The translations under genes and the position numbers were made by a program. Under the pieces are notes generated by a model. The model was not told the origin of the DNA. It made no database searches and was given only the letters and a program-made list of their open reading frames with translations. DNA of 62,438 nucleotides, filler included, from Bdellovibrionota bacterium (lineage in GTDB: Bacteria > Bdellovibrionota > Bdellovibrionia > Bdellovibrionales > JAEYZS01), in assembly GCA_963169515.1 (NCBI GenBank). It is 5 parts of 5 records of this genome, joined end to end, with 100 filler letters (N's around TTAATTAATTAA, not from the genome) between each part and the next. Parts side by side here need not be neighbours in the genome. Positions count along the whole stretch, not along the records: positions 59,005 to 62,438 come from CAUJEF010000109.1; 4 more parts are not named here. The stretch is one strand, 5' to 3'. Below, one piece after another: positions 59,005 to 62,438 of this stretch (position 1 is the first letter of the stretch; each line of letters opens with the position of its first letter).

Positions 59005-60191
59005 CTAGCGACCTGACAGTTTAACAAAAGCATATTGATCGGCACGAAAAAGCGGGTAAAGTTGTTTTGCGACAAACCACTTTTCCGGAGCCCACTCATG
59101 CCGATCAACGAGACCTATCGTACTTGGATTCAGCGAATTTGTGAACTGCGCCCAAAACAACGGAAGACCCAGGTTCAAAACTTTGTGTGGTTGTTGGTAG
59201 GTATTTTTCATAGTCGTTCGGTCAGTCTGAGTAAGATCGCAGGCAAGGTGATCAGTACAGCCAAAAATGTGAGTACGGTGAGGCGCTTGAGCCGCTTCCT
59301 GGCGAGTTCCGCCGTGGATGTGCGCAGTTGGTATTGCTCGACAGCCAAAGCCTGGTTAATAGCGCAAACACAACAGGTAGGTGAGGTACGATTGATTGTG
59401 GATGGCACCAAAATCGGGTTCGGATACCAGTTGTTGATGGTTAGTCTGGCCTATCGCCGTCGCGCTATTCCAATTGCTTGGGCATGGGTTCGCCATGTTC
59501 GCGGGCACAGCAGCGCCGCCAAACAGATTGTTCTATTGAAGTACGTGAGAAGCCTGATTTTGCAAAATACGCCTGTTTTTCTGGTCGGAGACAGCGAATT
59601 TGGCTCGATTGCGGTCTTACACCAGCTAAACCAGTGGCGCTGGTTCTTTATCCTGCGCCAAAAAGGCAACACCGGGCTGTGGCTTGATGAACCAAGCGGC
59701 TGGCAACGATTAGATAGTCTTGTAAAAAAAGCCGGACAATCGGCTTGGTGTCCAAATGGATACTTGACCCAAAGTGAGATCTTTCCGGTCTCGGTCTTGA
59801 TCTACTGGCAGAAAGGTGAAAAGGAACCTTGGTGTCTGGCTACCAACCTGCCCGATGCTACCTTGACCTTGCATTACTACCGCCGAAGGATGTGGATCGA
59901 AGAGATGTTTGCTGATTTCAAGAAACATGGCTTTGACCTGGAGACTACGATGTTACGCAACTCACCGCGTTTATCTCGGCTGACTTTGGCTGTGGCTTTC
60001 CTCTATGTCTGGCTCCTTTCCGTTGGGAGTCGTACCATTCGATCTGGACTACGTCATCTTGTGGATCGCAAGGATCGTCGTGACTTGAGCATCTTTCAGA
60101 TCGGCTTGCGCTTCATTGATCGGCGCCTGCTTCACTCGCTTTCGTTTTCACTGCCGTTATGTGTCCTGTGAGCAAACTGTCAGGTGACTAG
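59005..60191 (+). mobile_element. Complete IS4-like (DDE_Tnp_1) insertion sequence with CTAG at both ends
   Basis: Left CTAGCGACCTGACAGTTT and right AAACTGTCAGGTGACTAG form an inverted repeat. Confidence 0.88.
59098..60171 (+). CDS. IS4-like DDE transposase
   Basis: LIVDGT, VGDSEF, W.LATN, Y.RR.WIEE.F.DFK (YREK) motifs. Confidence 0.92.
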   Translation: MPINETYRTWIQRICELRPKQRKTQVQNFVWLLVGIFHSRSVSLSKIAGKVISTAKNVSTVRRLSRFLASSAVDVRSWYCSTAKAWLIAQTQQVGEVRLIVDGTKIGFGYQLLMVSLAYRRRAIPIAWAWVRHVRGHSSAAKQIVLLKYVRSLILQNTPVFLVGDSEFGSIAVLHQLNQWRWFFILRQKGNTGLWLDEPSGWQRLDSLVKKAGQSAWCPNGYLTQSEIFPVSVLIYWQKGEKEPWCLATNLPDATLTLHYYRRRMWIEEMFADFKKHGFDLETTMLRNSPRLSRLTLAVAFLYVWLLSVGSRTIRSGLRHLVDRKDRRDLSIFQIGLRFIDRRLLHSLSFSLPLCVL

Positions 60192-60580
60192 CAAAACTCC
60201 AATTAATTTTATGGCTCCTGGTTTCTTCGTCATTAATATTCGCAAGTTGCTCAAGTTTGGTCGAAACAGAAGAATATGTTGAGGAATCAACTCAAGCCTA
60301 TCCAACTCTATCAAATTCATTACCTGATTTAATTGCAGCTCTTTCAAGCTCAAATGATGAAATCCGCATTGCGTGTGTAATTCCAAGCATTTAGAGTCAG
60401 AGGGTTGAGATAATCCCCACTCCACGTGTCTCGTGATTGGAACCTTCCATCCGTCGGATTGTAATATCTCGCCCGCAGGTAGAGCAACTGTGTGGAATCC
60501 CCATAAGATGCATCTTGTGTCCAAAGCCGGTTTGATCATTTTATCTATGAACGGCACAAATAGGGCACAAACACATTTCT

Positions 60581-61078
60581 TTATTCAAGTAAGGTATCTA
60601 TTGCTCTTCGAGCCTCTTTTAATACTCGTTCAGAAATCCATAATGATGAGCTTGCTAGGTTATCCAACAATAGAAGTGCGAGCGCTTTATCAAGTATGTT
60701 TTCATTTGCAACATTCCACAAAAGCATTCCGATTGACCCATGAACTTCCAACCCCGCTGATTCGGCAAACTGGCGCGCTTGCGCATCATCAGTAAGCAAC
60801 CAATCGGCATGTTCCTGCAATGCCAAACCAATAGCTTCCGCTTCCCCACCGTCAATTCGATTCGCTCTCACCCATTTTTCCGCTTTTTGTCGGGTCGATT
60901 TTTCAAGATCAACAATCCTTACCCACTGCGGAGGACGCCAGCCTTGTGCATTTGCTTCAAACTCAACTGCCACAAGTGAAGGTATTAGAATTTCACCTGC
61001 CAGCGACAGTAAATGAATCGCTCCTGCTTCGCTTAAGTGTAGGAGTGGTCCCGTGTCGCATACAATAATTCGCGTCAT
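60581..61078 (-). CDS. PIN-domain protein (DUF3368-like), putative toxin
   Basis: VCDTGPL, DGGEAEAI.LA, LLTDD..AR; ATGA-coupled to the AbrB gene. Confidence 0.85.
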   Translation of the reverse strand: MTRIIVCDTGPLLHLSEAGAIHLLSLAGEILIPSLVAVEFEANAQGWRPPQWVRIVDLEKSTRQKAEKWVRANRIDGGEAEAIGLALQEHADWLLTDDAQARQFAESAGLEVHGSIGMLLWNVANENILDKALALLLLDNLASSSLWISERVLKEARRAIDTLLE

Positions 61079-61296
61079 TTCTTTTTGCCCTTTTGTTTTA
61101 CCGCCCACTTAACATCGGCTAATTGATACTTCTCTGCCAAGGCACGATCAATTGGTAATTTGGGAATGAGGCGAATAGACCCATCTTCTTCAACAAGGAC
61201 TTCAAGCAGATCGCCTTCATTCAATTTTGCTTTTCGACGGGCTGGAGCTGGGAGGGTAATTTGCCCATTGCTACGGACTTGTAAATATTCAGACAT
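61075..61296 (-). CDS. AbrB/MazE/SpoVT antitoxin
   Basis: GQITLP..R..L..GD.LEV motif. Confidence 0.88.
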   Translation of the reverse strand: MSEYLQVRSNGQITLPAPARRKAKLNEGDLLEVLVEEDGSIRLIPKLPIDRALAEKYQLADVKWAVKQKGKKK

Positions 61297-61417
61297 GGCT
61301 TCTCGCTTTCTTTAAATCTGATTTTCTGATTTCTCATATATCATAACAGCACGAATAACCAAATGTCAATCTGGAAAGATTAGAATTTCGGTTTCTTTTT
61401 CAATAGTTGTGTTCATA

Positions 61418-61725
61418 CTAGGGCAATCACATCTAAACTCCAGCGGAGAGAACTTTGAGGAGATAATTCTCCTTCCAAGCGGCTTAAAGTTGTCTGGCAT
61501 GGATGCTACCTTTGGCGGTTTTCTCCTGTTTGAGTAGGTTCAGAGCAATGTGGCGCAGTACGGTAAAGTTTTCAGGAGCCTAATCTTTGCGAACTCGGCT
61601 ACGGTTTTCATTCAAAGCAACATCGAGAACCCAATGTAGTTCGTTTTCAATTGCCCAGTGCCGATGAATAACATGCAGTAGTAGCTGTGGGTCGCTCAAT
61701 AGACTGGAAATATAGAACCTTATCT
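61418..61725 (-). pseudogene. ISAs1 (H-repeat) transposase C-terminal remnant with its right end
   Basis: RHWAIENELHWVLDV..E..SRVRKD*APENF..LRHIALNLLKQE with in-frame stops; TAGGGCAATCACATC end sequence. Confidence 0.8.
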
Positions 61726-62002
61726 TTTTGGTCAAAAAGTATAACGACCGAAAATTTATCTTTTTAGTTATATGCAAAACAAGCACGGGCTTTTAGTTTC
61801 AGCATAAGCATAACCAAAAGATCGCATTTGTAAGGATCATAAGAGCAATCTTCGTGAAATTGCCGAGATGCAATGTTTTGTCAAGTTATGAAATCTCCCG
61901 CCAAAATTGTGCATGGCAGAATAAAGATTCTCAAGGTGTATATGCTTGTATATCCAGTGGAGAATAAAATTTTGGTCAGAAAGTTTGCGTAATAAAGGGA
62001 GG

Positions 62003-62038
62003 GTGTATAATACACATAAATTTTTATTTTTATACACA
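62003..62038. promoter_or_regulatory. Inverted repeats upstream of vapBC, likely an autorepression operator
   Basis: GTGTATAA...TTATACAC. Confidence 0.45.
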
Positions 62039-62054
62039 CAGAAAAGAGTGCAAA

Positions 62055-62261
62055 ATGAGAACGAATATTGTCCTTGATGACAAATTGATTGAACGTGCCC
62101 AGAAGTTGACAGGAATTAAGACGAAACGAGAAGTAGTGCATGAAGCATTGCGTGTGTTGATTCTCTTGAACGAGCAGGCGGAAATCCGAGCCTTGCGCGG
62201 CAAATTGCCGTGGGATGGCAATTTAAATGATCAGCGCCAATCGCGTGTGAAAGTGCATTAG
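62055..62261 (+). CDS. vapB: VapB-type antitoxin
   Basis: MRTNIVLDDKLI..A....GIKTKREVV..AL, LRGKL.WDG.L. Confidence 0.9.
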   Translation: MRTNIVLDDKLIERAQKLTGIKTKREVVHEALRVLILLNEQAEIRALRGKLPWDGNLNDQRQSRVKVH

Positions 62262-62263
62262 CG

Positions 62264-62438
62264 ATGCTTGTAGTTGATACCAGTGTTTGGGTCGATTACT
62301 TCAATGGCGTGGAAAATCCGCAAACCGATTTCCTTAACGCTATTTTGGATAAAACCCCGATCCTAATTGGCGATCTAATATTAGCGGAAGTATTGCAGGG
62401 TTTTCGCCACGATCCAGATTTTGAAAAAGTCCGCCGTA
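62264..62438 (+). CDS. vapC: VapC PIN toxin, 3' truncated by the window end
   Basis: MLVVDTSVWVDYF..GDLILAEVLQGF. Confidence 0.9.
   Translation, partial: MLVVDTSVWVDYFNGVENPQTDFLNAILDKTPILIGDLILAEVLQGFRHDPDFEKVRR

Noticed and set aside
60180..60557. 125-aa minus-strand ORF beside the IS
   Set aside because: No recognisable motif, and its stop lies inside the IS end; probably degraded or spurious.
1675..62221. Numerous 60-160 aa ORFs antisense to or nested within confident genes
   Set aside because: Shadow ORFs without RBS or motifs, overlapping well-supported genes.

Overview
The window is five contigs joined by artificial 100-nt N-spacers with a central TTAATTAATTAA linker (19770-19869, 34765-34864, 47954-48053, 58905-59004), so adjacency across the gaps means nothing. 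Contigs 1-4 look like a Bdellovibrionota (predatory) genome (inference): [YF]QNC-type secreted proteins, split nuo cluster, mcl-PHA depolymerase, gldAFG-like ABC operon, mevalonate kinase, spoVG, and pheST-ihfA-merR. Contig 1 begins with an accessory region: an IS3 that truncates a polymorphic-toxin tip with a candidate immunity gene, a tmRNA/tRNA-like att core, brnTA and higBA. Contig 5 holds only IS and toxin-antitoxin genes and may come from another genome. Best leads: (i) an AT-rich three-gene cassette (twin-arginine Cys-rich peptide, PP-loop adenylating enzyme, GNAT) that resembles an uncharacterised RiPP-like pathway; (ii) a RAYT with three identical 26-bp GTAG-type REP cores, each starting right after a stop codon; (iii) a sigma54-driven cluster of MtsD-like vWA/Ca-repeat secreted proteins; (iv) a recurrent GTCTCA-N3-TGAGAC palindrome next to sigma54/sigma28 promoters; (v) a candidate structured RNA at about 36990-37190. 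All calls were made by eye, without database searches.
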